Assembly (NCBI GenBank): GCA_000165425.1
Contig: CT868047.1
Coordinates: 62,001-126,000 of the forward strand
Length of the DNA stretch: 64,000 nucleotides
From: Paramecium tetraurelia
Lineage: Eukaryota
Direction: 5' to 3'
In this document: one piece after another, positions 26,467 to 40,893 of the stretch
Layout of the letters: each line of letters begins with the position of its first letter
Numbering within the stretch: position 1 is the first letter of the stretch
Made by a program: the position numbers and the translations under genes
The notes under the pieces: model-generated
Seen by the model: the letters and a program-made list of their open reading frames with translations, nothing else
Told to the model about the DNA's origin: nothing
The model's database searches: none

Positions 26467-27598
26467 TCAAATAATTTTAATTTCACTCAAGTCTAACCAA
26501 ACAATAAATATAATATCGGTTAAGGTAACTTTCATTGTATATGAGGAGTTGGTTTTCAAATTTAAAAAGGTCAGTTGTCCTTATGAATAAGTGCAGAGAA
26601 CTATGATAATGATTGAAATTCAATATACTTTTATCCCCATCTTAAAATGAAATACCTTTGTCCTTTCCTTAAACAGCCCCATTTTCAATTTCACTATGGT
26701 AAATACATTTGTCATTAAAATTCATGTACACGCCATGGCCAACTGTTTAGAGCTACTCTCCAGTAAGGATCAATCCATTTTTTTCAATAGATACTCGTTC
26801 CATAGCTCCTATACCTATTCCTACATAGTCACTCTATATCTTAATGATCTCAAATCTAATTTGAGTGCCCTCTTTGAGTAATTGGTTGGTCATGACGAAG
26901 GAAGGATCTTAAATGGTATGGTATTAATACATCCTTCTAAGTGTTTTGCTTTTTGATTGACGATTTCAAATTTGGTAAGTTAATCATAGGCTTGTGGCAT
27001 TTTTATGAATTGTGGTTTCTCAGTGATGGCGATTGGGATTGCTGCAGTTTGAATTTGGGATATTTTCTTTTTTGGTGATTGAACTTATTGGACAGGTTAA
27101 ATTGATTCTTATTTTGTATCTGCACTAATTAAATGAAATAAATCATCCAATTCTTTTTGAATTTGAATTTGTAATTCACAATATTAAGCAGTCTGCAATT
27201 CTAGGGTTTCTGAAATGTTATTGGGCAGTGCTTTGACTATTAAATCTATTGCCCGTTCATTTAATAAGGAGTATTCGGAATTGATAAATTTGGATGCTGC
27301 CTCAATCAATTCATATTTTTCACATTTCCTTTATTTTAAATATTTGTGATTCATACTTCTGATAAATTTCTTATTTCTTCTGCAAGTATTCCGAAATAAT
27401 TTGAAATTTAGATTCAATAATTTGTTTGGTGCTTGCAGTGATTGGGAATTCAGGTATGACATCTTTCAATTTCTTGGTGAGTTATCCCAGACTGGAGGAA
27501 CTATGGCCTTTGTGATAATCGAGTTCCTTTATGGATTAAATTAATCGGGATTATGCTTGACAATTCGGGGCTATACAAATTCGAGTCGAGGGTATCAT
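26467..27598 (-). CDS. Hypothetical protein (N-terminal Cys/His motif, coiled coil, possibly SPRY-like C-terminus)
   Basis: MIPSTRICIAPNCQAQSRLI...HKGH; C-terminal beta-rich region (YVGIGI, ISFQDGD). 3' end approximate. Confidence 0.5.
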
Positions 27599-27624
27599 AA
27601 TTAATTAATAATAATTCGATAATA

Positions 27625-28340
27625 ATGAATAGTAGCTCAAAAATCCGAAAGGGGTCTCGCAATATGAAGTAGAACAATCCAACTTAATCAATAGGTACAA
27701 GAAAATCAGTCACGACCAAAGAACTCACATAATAAACGAACTTACTAAAAATGGAAAGACCCTAAAAGAAGTAGATTTAAGAACCATATGACTGTAGGTA
27801 TCCGAAGATACTCAATTGAAACCATCAACTGTGAAGGCAATTCTATAGGTCTATTTGAAGGAGGGCAGAATAGGGAAAAAATCCACCAGGGATAGAAAAG
27901 TCAAATTACTCAACACTACAGTGATCGCATTAATAGACAAAACTAAGTAATTTTCTATTTTTAACCTAATTTCAAATAGAAATAGCGAATATGCTATCGA
28001 AAACTTATAGTTCATCCACCCTCTGATTCGCATAAATTAGCAATCTTCTGAGATTTCTCATAATGGTTAAACACTCACTGAGACTCAATAGAATCTAGAT
28101 TAGTATTCGAAATAGCTTGTGATGATGCAAGTCAAGGATTTCCTACGAGAAAAGAAATCAGAAATAGTGGACTAGTTGGCTAACCCTTTGGCTAAATAAA
28201 ATTTCCTAAATTAGTTAGCCTAATTTGAAGTGAGTGAGCAATTGCCATTTCAAGAATTAAAGAAAGAGTAATTGTCTGCTGAAGATGAATCGTTTTTAGA
28301 GAAGATAACATATCATTTAAAATCGAAAGTAAAAATCTGA
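27625..28340 (+). CDS. Helix-turn-helix (Tc1/paired-like) DNA-binding protein
   Basis: After two tiny introns: YKKISHDQRTHIINELTKNGKTLKEVSEDTQLKPSTVKAILQVYLKEGRIGKK. Confidence 0.7.
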
Positions 28341-28629
28341 TATAAATAAATAAATAATATTTTTATTAAGATCATAATAAGTTAATTTTTTCAACCTTTG
28401 CATCTTCAATGACATTGATTTCTGCATTCTAATTAGAAATGAGTAAAGAATCTAGGTAATTTTCACAATTTTTTCCATTTTTTCCATATTTTACTTTGTC
28501 TATAAATGTAATAACCAATAAAATTGATTGAAATAATTTAATTTATCAAGATATTTCTGTCAAAATAGTAATCACCTTGAATTTCAGAAGAATATTCTAG
28601 TATATTACTTTTTTCAAAATCGATAATCG

Positions 28630-31480
28630 ATGAATTATAGATGATTTTTATATTTGGATCGAGATCATTAATTTATTTATTATGATTTTATAATATCATA
28701 TTCCTAAAGAGTATTGTTTAATTATCAATATTTTTTTGTTACAAATACTACCTTTCATTTGAGGTATCCTAAGGAATATTAGGAATCCTTTTGGGTAAAT
28801 CTGAATAAGTGAAAATCTTTTATTTACAATTATTCTTAATAATTCGATTTTTCAAAATCAATTGGAGAGTAAAAGTAATCGAAAGCGATGGTAAAAAATA
28901 TTCAATTCCTAATCAGAATGAAGATCCTTCTATAATATTTCCAAATAAAAACATTTATTATTTATGTTAAAATTAATTCAGCCAATACTTGATTGTACAT
29001 TTTATATGACTTTTGGAATTTACTTTTCAGGTCAAACGAATTATGAGCAATGTTATCGAATATTTGCATTAAGTAAATACCATCTTATACAATTAGTTGC
29101 TAGTCTATACTACATACTTTTCTTTCTTCCTTATAAATTCAACAAGATCAACCTAAGTTCTAGATTAGTGTCAATTTGTACGGGAGGTATTGGCATAATC
29201 AGCTTCATTCTGAGTGTGTTTCTCAGTTATGAAGATGCATTTTTTGCTCGTTGCTATTGGACAACACTTGCAATAAGTACTGTAATTGGCACATACTTGG
29301 TTAAAACAAAAATGAAATCAGAGTGAATTAATAATAAATAATTATATACATCTACATTTTCTAACTGAAATTAAATCCTAAAGAGAAGCCTTAAGTCAGA
29401 TCGTTTTAGGAGATTGGAGTAGAGTCAATAAGAATAATCCTCATTTTCGAAGCATTAGTATAAGAGTATTATTCCTGAATTTTGTGATTTTGTTACTAAT
29501 TATTCTTTAATTGATAATTTTAGAGTCAATTTTGTATATTCAAATATTAAGAAGATTATAATACCTGAAGCTTTGTCTAAAATCAAACTTTAGACTATTT
29601 TGTTATAACATAATAGTGATATAATTGAAAGAAATTAAATGTGTGTGAAATATTTTCTTGAGATAATAACATATCAATTACCAATAAATTCTACTAAAAT
29701 TTTATCAGATATCAAATAAATTTATGATGCTCTTTATTTTGGTTGATTTTAAATCCAAAGAAATAATGATGAAAATCAACAAATTATCTACCATAAGGAA
29801 TTAGAATAAATATATTATAAATTCATATATCTAAGATTGATAAATTAAATTGAACTAGCTTGCAGGTCTATAGTATAATAGATTATTATATATGCATTGA
29901 AATATCTTCTAAATTTTAAATGTGAACAAATTTAATTATACAATCAAGATACTTGGATTATTCAATTTCATATTGATTACAATTTTTAAATATGCTATTT
30001 TGATTAAATGTGATAATCAAAGAGTTGAACTCTCAATCTTAAAATTTATAGTAGTCCTAAGCGAATATATTGTTTTATATTTTGTATTTGAAAATCATCC
30101 ATTCTATAAACTTCACTATTACATAACTATGTTAGTATTGTTAAAGGAGTACCTCAAGGTATGAAAAGATATAAGCTAATTTATAGAAATGGAAACAGCT
30201 GTTAAAATAGAATAGAGATTATTAAGGTTCAGAGAATTTTAATAGACAACGTATTAAAACGATTTCTTTATTCGTGAATTTAATCTAAGGTTTATAGGGT
30301 TGCTTACAATATTTAGCATATTATTTGATTCAATAGATAAGAATGAGGAAATAACAGAAATTGTGTTGCCAATTGCAAACAAAAAATGTAGAAGATTATT
30401 CAAAAAATGATGAACAAAGTTAGATGAATTCATTTTAAGTTAAATCTAGTATAAAAATTAAATAATTATAGATTATTGATATTGGTTTTATGATTCATCA
30501 CAAAAGCAATGCATTTATAGTTTACTCTATTTTTTTCATTTGATCTTCTATATAATTTAAATCCTCTTCATTTATCTCGAATGTATGAAATTTATAAGTT
30601 TTATTCACGACATCTTTAGACTATAGCACATTTTTAGATGTATTACCTTAAGATTCATAATGCAAACAGGTTTATTTATGTTTTTTGCTTTTTTTGAGTA
30701 GAATTGGTTATTAACTGACCACTGAAATTTTTCAATCTAATATTCATTGTATTAATAATTACTTTTTATCCTTGGGTCCTCTTTTTTATGTAATAGGATA
30801 ACACTCTATCTTTCTCAGTTAACCATGTCTAGTGTAATTCTTAGGGTGAGATTCCCTAAAACAAATATAATGATTTCATACATATTGCTCATAGGTTTGC
30901 TCTGAATCATTTTAGATGAGATCATCGATCAACTATTGGAAAATATCTACATTTTGAGAAAATGTTTCTTCATTGTAATTTCCTGACTCTTTCAGATATT
31001 CCTTCAGTTAATCAAGAGTAATTTCCTCTTAATTGTCTGTATATTTCATTATTAAGACACCACGAAATATTGGTTTCATTATAATTTTAATAATTCAGTT
31101 TATCTTAATTAAATCACTTTTCTGTTTATATTGTGAAAGAACTTGATATAAGTACATTCATTATGTGATGAGCATTGATATTATTGGAAATCAAAATAGT
31201 CTCTCATAAATCAAAATTTTAGTATTCGCCTTTTTTCAAAATTTGTTTATAGCCATGATAACTACGATAATTTCAGAACAGTCATATAGCATTTATGGAA
31301 ATTATGTCCCTCCTTAAAGTATACAAATGATAATAAATAAACAAAGAGAACCTGAAATTAAAGGATGCATATCTTGAATAATAAATTTTTAATTCTATTA
31401 AGGAGGAATAAGAGATCATTGAATAGATTTCTTAATCAGATGAAATAAAAAATTTAGATTATTGGAAATCTATAAAATGA
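28630..31480 (+). pseudogene. Decayed large multi-pass membrane protein gene
   Basis: Hydrophobic coding-like stretches (28964-29326, 29922-30164) with in-frame TGA at 29324, 29366 and 29744, and frame changes downstream. Ends approximate. Confidence 0.55.
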
Positions 31481-31828
31481 AAGCATGTTTCAATTAAGAC
31501 ATGTCTTTAATTCAATATTTCAATTGAATTATAAATTCTTATTTATACTAATAAATAGATCAATGGTAATTAAATCATAATAAATTTAGTTAAATTAATT
31601 TGTCGTTTAGTTTTCGTAATCATTATAGAATATAAACTAATAAGAAATTATTATTTTTAATTTGTTAAAATGCTATAATTTTTAATTTAGCATACATTTC
31701 TCATAATGTAAAGATCAAATATAGCCTACCAAGGAACTTGATCGTCAAAGATTATCTATAGCATAAAACATATCATTGAGAAACAAATAAAAACTATCCC
31801 AAAAAAGGTATAATCAGATTAGCCTTCT

Positions 31829-31930
31829 CAAAATTTTTGTTTTCCAAATGAGAAATTTAGAAATCTATGTTTACTTATTATCTGTTCTATACATTTTAAC
31901 CTCTACTGATTAAAGTATGTAATCTCTAAA
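31829..31930 (-). pseudogene. Relic of the 5' part of the 11822-12316 gene
   Basis: Alignable by eye to 12191-12291 (caaattttt...caaatga...ttag...acttat...ctgtt...ctaaa). Confidence 0.6.
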
Positions 31931-31982
31931 GTATAAAATTAAAACGGGCTATTCATATTTTGTTAAATATTAATTTATTGAT

Positions 31983-33675
31983 ATGATGTTTCCAGAATAT
32001 TATGAAATCGACATTTCTTGCTTTGAGGTAAAATCTTAAACTTCTTTAGCCTAAAATACCTCTACTTTAGACCTTTTTGAATTGTTAACAATAAAATTTC
32101 TAAAGTATTCAGAACTTTAATTAATTTTAGCATGTTAGGAAATAGCAAGGATTATAAATTTTTCTTACCCACTTTGAATAAATATGTAAGCATTAATGGA
32201 ACGACATTAAACAGAATTTTGGGAAATAATAAAAAATGTGTATTTGAATTGAAGCAAATTCTTAAATACCTAATAGATATATTAATAGATAATAACGAAT
32301 TATTTATTTTAGACGGTAAGACTTATAACCAACAAGTGAATAAACTTTAAATGAATAAAAAAAGTTGTTTCAGAACTGAAAGATTAATTTGAGAAAAAGG
32401 AAATTTTTATATAACACTTGTTATTAGTTTGTTAATAAATATATTTATAATAAGAAATTCGTTCAAAATCAGTTGAGGAATAAATTGATATATTAAATAA
32501 AGAACTTAAATAATTAGATAATAATAAGAATCTTACAAATAATTAAAAATAGTATCTTTAACATTAATATTAATAATAACTAATTACAAAATTAAAAGAT
32601 TATGGCAAAACTAAATCAATCCCTCATGTGAATTAGAATATTGATGTCTCAAATCCTGAATTGGCACTTTTTGTTTTAAAAGAATCATTATTGAGAGACA
32701 AAATCTAGAATTATTAGTAACAAGTAAAAAATATTCCTTTGGATTTGATTCAATAATTGGATATTATGGCTAAGATTAATCTTGTTTAAAAATAAGAAAT
32801 ACAAATCTTGATTATGATAAAATTGTTAATGATTAACAATTATTGTAATAACATTTATTAGAATTTAAGTAAAAGCTATCAAGTTCACTCAATATTTCAA
32901 CTGATTAAATTGAAATTTTAGGAGTATCAAAGGGTAACTTTGAAATTAGCTTTAATATTTTAGGAAATGATATGAAATCGATTTCATAATAGATTTAAAA
33001 TAATCCAGAAGCAAAGAAATTCTTAAATGAGTATTGTAATGGAAATGTAGAATATGTAGCATACTTTGATCAAGCAAATATCTAATCAAAGGGAGTCACT
33101 CTTTCTTTTGATGATTTTAATCCTTCACACAATATGAGTTTGGATAATTATCAAGAAAAAAAGAATAGAGAGGGCCTCCTTATCATAGATATGATTATTA
33201 TTTTCCAATAGGTTGTTATGGATTTGGGTTAAATGTAGAAAAGTAAGTAAAATAATATGGAAATGATTGGTTAAAAACGGATGGTAATCCTAATGAATGG
33301 AGAATTATGTATTATGGTACCAAGTAAGCTGCTGTTAATCAAATTTTGAGAAATAATTTAATTGCAGGTGGAGCATAAGATTACTAAAATACTGAATGTA
33401 TTGATGAATTTGGAAATAAAGTTAAAGTAGGACGTGGAATTTATTTTTCAAATAATATTAAGGTCTGTATTGATTATCGATATACTAATTACACTTAGAT
33501 TGGTAATAAATAATTTGCAGCTATTTTAATGACAAGAGTAAGCCGAAAAAAAATTAAATAAAGTGAAGGTATGAAATTGTTAAATTATTTCGTTGTTAAT
33601 AATTCAAAAGATGTGAGACCATATAGACTCTTATTGCATGAAAAACTAAAAGAAGGATATTGTTTTTAATTTTGA
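31983..33675 (+). pseudogene. N-terminal Ubl-like domain + PARP-like ADP-ribosyltransferase (NEURL4/Gig2-like), copy A; frameshifted as given
   Basis: RGPPYHRYDYYFPIGCYGFGLNV...EWRIMYYGT...GRGIYFS...YFVVNNSKDVRPYRLL, ends CFQF-TGA. Frameshifts in A7 runs at 32357-32363 and 33156-33162. Confidence 0.75.
33291..33449 (+). repeat. 159-bp exact duplicate of 35046-35204 within the tandem ART genes
   Basis: Base-by-base identical by eye; sequence 3' of it diverges abruptly. Confidence 0.85.
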
Positions 33676-33924
33676 AAAGGAATTAAATTAATATATATCT
33701 ATAAGTAATTTTAATAATACCATCTATCAACACTAACATTAAAATTTGTTATTTAAATAGGAAAGCAAGATTAAATATTAGAAGATTGATTGAGCACAAA
33801 TCTCTCAAATTGTAAAATCCAAATAGCTCTGCCAACAGACATGATTAACAAAGATAGTCAATAGCATAAAACAAATCGTAGAGAAATCTCAGCATTTTAA
33901 AAATATATTTTCGAGTAAACTCCT

Positions 33925-34222
33925 CAAAATTTTGTTAAGCAAATGAAAAGTTTTAGATATTATCTTAACTTATCTTTCTGTTCCATACATTTAACCGTGG
34001 CAGCTTTATGTACATAATCTCTAAATTCTTACTATTCATAACTGTTAATATTATTTGAATCATTGTACCTATGAAGGATTTTCTACAAAATAACATTTTA
34101 TTTATATATAAATATCTAAAAATGCTGTTCCATTTAATTCGAGAAAAATATAAAACAATGTAAAATATTTAATATAGGCTTATTCATATTTTGTTAAAAT
34201 ATTAATAATTTAATAGAATTCG
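33925..34222. repeat. Diverged copy of 12191-12545 (5' relic of the hypothetical gene plus the bidirectional spacer)
   Basis: attgtacctatgaaggattttctacaaaataacattttatttat...tatctaaaaatgctgttccatttaat versus attgtacatttgaaggattttatataaaataaaaatttatttat...tatctaaatattgctactccatttaat. Confidence 0.8.
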
Positions 34223-35399
34223 ATGCAACAATATTATAAAATCAAAATTATTTTAGTTGGGAAAACAAAGCCACTTGTGTTAGAAAAATAAGACACAACC
34301 TTGAAAGTTTTCTAAATTTTATAAGCAGAAGAAGAGTATTTATAATAGTAATTAATATTAGGAATGTAGAAAATTTACAAAAAGAAGAAATTTGAATTTC
34401 TTCGTTCCAGTTTTGAATAGATTTGTCAACATTGATGAAACAAAATTAGAATACATTTTGGAAAATACGGAAAGCTGGTCATTTGAATTGAAGGAAGATC
34501 AATCATAGAAAAAGCAAACTAATAAATACAGTTGAATTGACAAAAGTATTAATACTGATTAGATATATTAATAAATAATATTAGCTACTTAATTATTTTT
34601 ACAGTAAGGTTTAAATTCATCAATTAAATTAATAATAACATTTATTAGAATTTGAGTAAAAGCTATCAATTTCACTCAATATTTCAATTAATTAAATCGA
34701 AATTAATTTTTAAATTATAGGAACTGATATGAAATCGACTTCATTATATATTTAAAATAATCCAGAAGCAAAGAAATTCTTAAATGAGTCTTGTAATGGA
34801 AAAGTAGAATATGTAGCATACTTTGATCAAACAAATAGCTAACCAAATGGAGTCACTCTTTCTTTTGATGATTTTGATCCTTCACAAAATATGGGTTTAG
34901 ATGGTTTTCGTTAGAAAGTATAGAGAGGGCCTCCTTATCATAGATTTGAGTATTATTTTCCAATAGGTTGCTATGGATTTGGGTTAAATGTAGATAAGTA
35001 TGTAAAATAATATGGAAATGATTGGTTAAAAAAGGATGGTAATCTTAATGAATGGAGAATTATGTATTATGGTACCAAGTAAGCTGCTGTTAATCAAATT
35101 TTGAGAAATAATTTAATTGCAGGTGGAGCATAAGATTACTAAAATACTGAATGTATTGATGAATTTGGAAATAAAGTTAAAGTAGGACGTGGAATTTATT
35201 TTTCTGATAGATTATCAGTTTCCAAAGGATATAAAAACCCTGTTTAGACAGGAAATAAGAAATTTAGTGTTTATTTCATGTCTAGGGTAAATCCCAGAAA
35301 ATTAGATAAAGTGAGAGCGTGAAATCGATTTATTATTTTGTTGTTAATTAATCAGAAGATTTTAGACCATATAGAATTCTAATTTAGGAAATCAAATGA
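34223..35399 (+). pseudogene. N-terminal Ubl-like domain + PARP-like ADP-ribosyltransferase, copy B; frameshifted and internally deleted
   Basis: Same phase-2 first intron (34336-34361). FFVPVLNRFVNIDETKLEYILEN...FELKED. ART motifs YYGT, GRGIYFS, YFVVNQSEDFRPYRIL. Frameshift at 35298-35301 gives TGA at 35320. Confidence 0.75.
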
Positions 35400-35693
35400 A
35401 ATGAAGTTTTAATTATAAATGTGTATTATTATTCTTATTTGATCGAAGTATATTTCAATATATAACTTATACTCAATTTATTTTTCTTTACTTTCATTAC
35501 TTTAACTTATAAATACTGACATATTATTAATATTATTATACACTCCTGATAATTTTATGTAAATTAAAAATATTATTACTGTATTAGAACTATTACATTC
35601 AGCATAGATAAGTACATAATTACGCTCTCTTTTTAAATATCTATGATTTTACTGATAATATATAAAAATATATATAAATTATTAATCAACAAT

Positions 35694-38523
<2,830 letters not shown>

Positions 38524-38839
38524 TTTTACTTCAAATTATATTATTATATTATTAAAAAAGTTAGGAACAAATTTTCATAATTTTGAAATCACTAAACCCC
38601 AAAAGTATTTACACCGAATTTCTTAAACGCCCATTTCAAAGTTGAACTCCAAATATTAATAATTTTATTGATACTAATTTTAAATGCCAAATAGTTGTAA
38701 TTTGATCTAAAATTGTAAGAGATCTTAAGTATAATATATAAAAATTGGTAGGATAATCAATAGCAGGAGATTTGATTTCTGATTCTAATTTTAATTCAAT
38801 GATAGGTATAATTAATATAAATAAATATAAATACATTAG

Positions 38840-40007
38840 TCATTTTAGTTTAAGTAATCTCTGAATGGCTTCATTAGTCTTAGAGGTCTCTTGTATAATT
38901 TTTTAGGTAGTAGATTTATTGCTGGCATTGATATTGTTTTAAGAGTTTGTATTTCCTGCTTTTGCACTGTTTCCCTGGCTCTTATTTCTTTGTGAGGACT
39001 TGTGCATTTAAGCATTGCAAATATCAGATATGACATTGAGTGTGCTTCTCTGTTTTTTGGTATTGGCAAATCCTCCTTTGAGTAAGTATTGACTTGCTTA
39101 AATAATCTGAGATCTTTGAGTGATTGATTAGGCATGTGATTTTAAGAGTTGATTATATTTGATAAATAAGTCTTATTCTTAGGAATTGCGATGCTGGATC
39201 TGATTGTTGAGTTTGCCTGATTTGTGATGTTAAGACTGGGATTTGAAAGGAGCGGAGTGTCTCATGGAGTTTTGGGAGTGCAAATTAACACTGGAAGTGG
39301 GATACTCACTACTATAATCAACCTTCTTTAATCTGTGATCTGAATGACAAAACTAATAGATTTATGTCAGAGTACTTTTTGTCTTTGATTCTTCCATTGA
39401 CTTCTCCTTCAGTGTGCATGATGGCTTTGGGAGGGTGTTCGACAGATTCTCTTAATTGTTCATTTTCTTTGATGAGTTAACGATAAGTCTCGTTGGATTT
39501 GCCCAGATCCTTTTTCAATAGATGCATTTGCTTATGCATTTATTCAATAGTCTCTTTGTGTTGTTTTTCCAAGTCTTCAATTTTTTGCTGCAGAGTTTCA
39601 CTATACAACTTGAGTTGTTATTCGATCTTAGAATAAGTATGGAGAGTCTTACACTGATGTGTCCTCTGATTTCAGCTTCGTGCTTTTGGATGATTTGCTC
39701 TAATTTCTCATACTCCTCTTCAGGATGATAACTTCTATAGGAACTGTTATCATTGATATTCAGTTTGAGTTGCGTGATTTTTTTATCGACTTTCTTCATA
39801 AGGGTTTTGAAAACGTTGCCGATGATTTTCACAAGGCCTGCCAATGAATCGTAGTCTTTCAATTGGTGTTCGATCATCTTCAAATCATTTTATCCCTCAA
39901 GATAGCCTTCCAAACAGAACAACACCTTAAATGATGATTGATTTGGTTACATCTTCAAGCAAGGCCTTCAGAGGAGCCTCAATTAGGGATTCATTGATTT
40001 CACTCAT
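38840..40007 (-). CDS. Hypothetical coiled-coil protein
   Basis: MSEINESLIEAPLKALLE...YEKLEQIIQKHEAEIRGHIS...RLLKLK-TGA. Confidence 0.65.
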
Positions 40008-40035
40008 TCAAAATATAAATTCAGTTATTTAATAA

Positions 40036-40829
40036 ATGAATACAGAATCGAATGGAGCTTCTTTTGGTGATGTACCACAACCTGAATATTTTCAGAAATT
40101 TTTGGTCGGATAGAATCTAGTTGATTCTTCTACCTCATTCGCAAGACTCAATAGCAAGACAGTGACTGAGAGGAGTATTCGGGAATCATTTTGGGAAGAG
40201 CAGAATTATGAAGTCATCCTCCAATAGATGTTGGCTAGTAATATAAGATTGATGGATGAGATTGCCAAATGTTAAGTAACTGTGATCGAATTCATCAGCA
40301 GAACCTTGAAACCCAGGTTCAGTAGTTACAACGAAAGAATTCCGAACTCGCCACTTAAATTCAGCATTTGCAAGACACTAACGCCAAGCTACTACACGAA
40401 CTAGACTCTTGTAAGAAGGACAAACAGACTCTTCAAGAAGAGATCAAGAAAATGGAAAGAGAGAATAAGAAACTCTACTTACCTGAATCTAAATTTAAAT
40501 ACAACAATTTGATGGATCTCAACAAAATCCTAATGAACAAGACTGAGTCCTCCTTTCAATTCTACAAGGACCATCTGCTTTCCTCCAAATTCACCAGTCC
40601 AAAAATACACAACTCTAATCCCTTTATCTACACCACCAGACCTCAAAGTCCTTCGACCAGTGTCAGATAGAGTACACCAACCAAATCCGAAATAAAGTCC
40701 CCATTCCTCGTGTTTAACAACACTGCCAATTCCTGGAGAGACTCTTAACAAAATCGAAATGCTGTTGAATTTAAGAAATTTCAAAAGACTATGGAACAAT
40801 TAATGAGAAAACCCAAGAAAATCACTTGA
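40036..40829 (+). CDS. Hypothetical coiled-coil protein
   Basis: MNTESNGASFGDVPQPEYF...; includes ORF-track segment 40368-40670; ends RKPKKIT-TGA. Confidence 0.65.
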
Positions 40830-40893
40830 ATATATTGAATTCATGCATCACTCAATACATATTCTTAACTTATTTAACAAAATACAATGATAA

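Noticed and set aside
29324..29746. In-frame TGAs as selenocysteine or readthrough
   Set aside because: No redox motif or evident SECIS, and later frame changes favour pseudogene decay.
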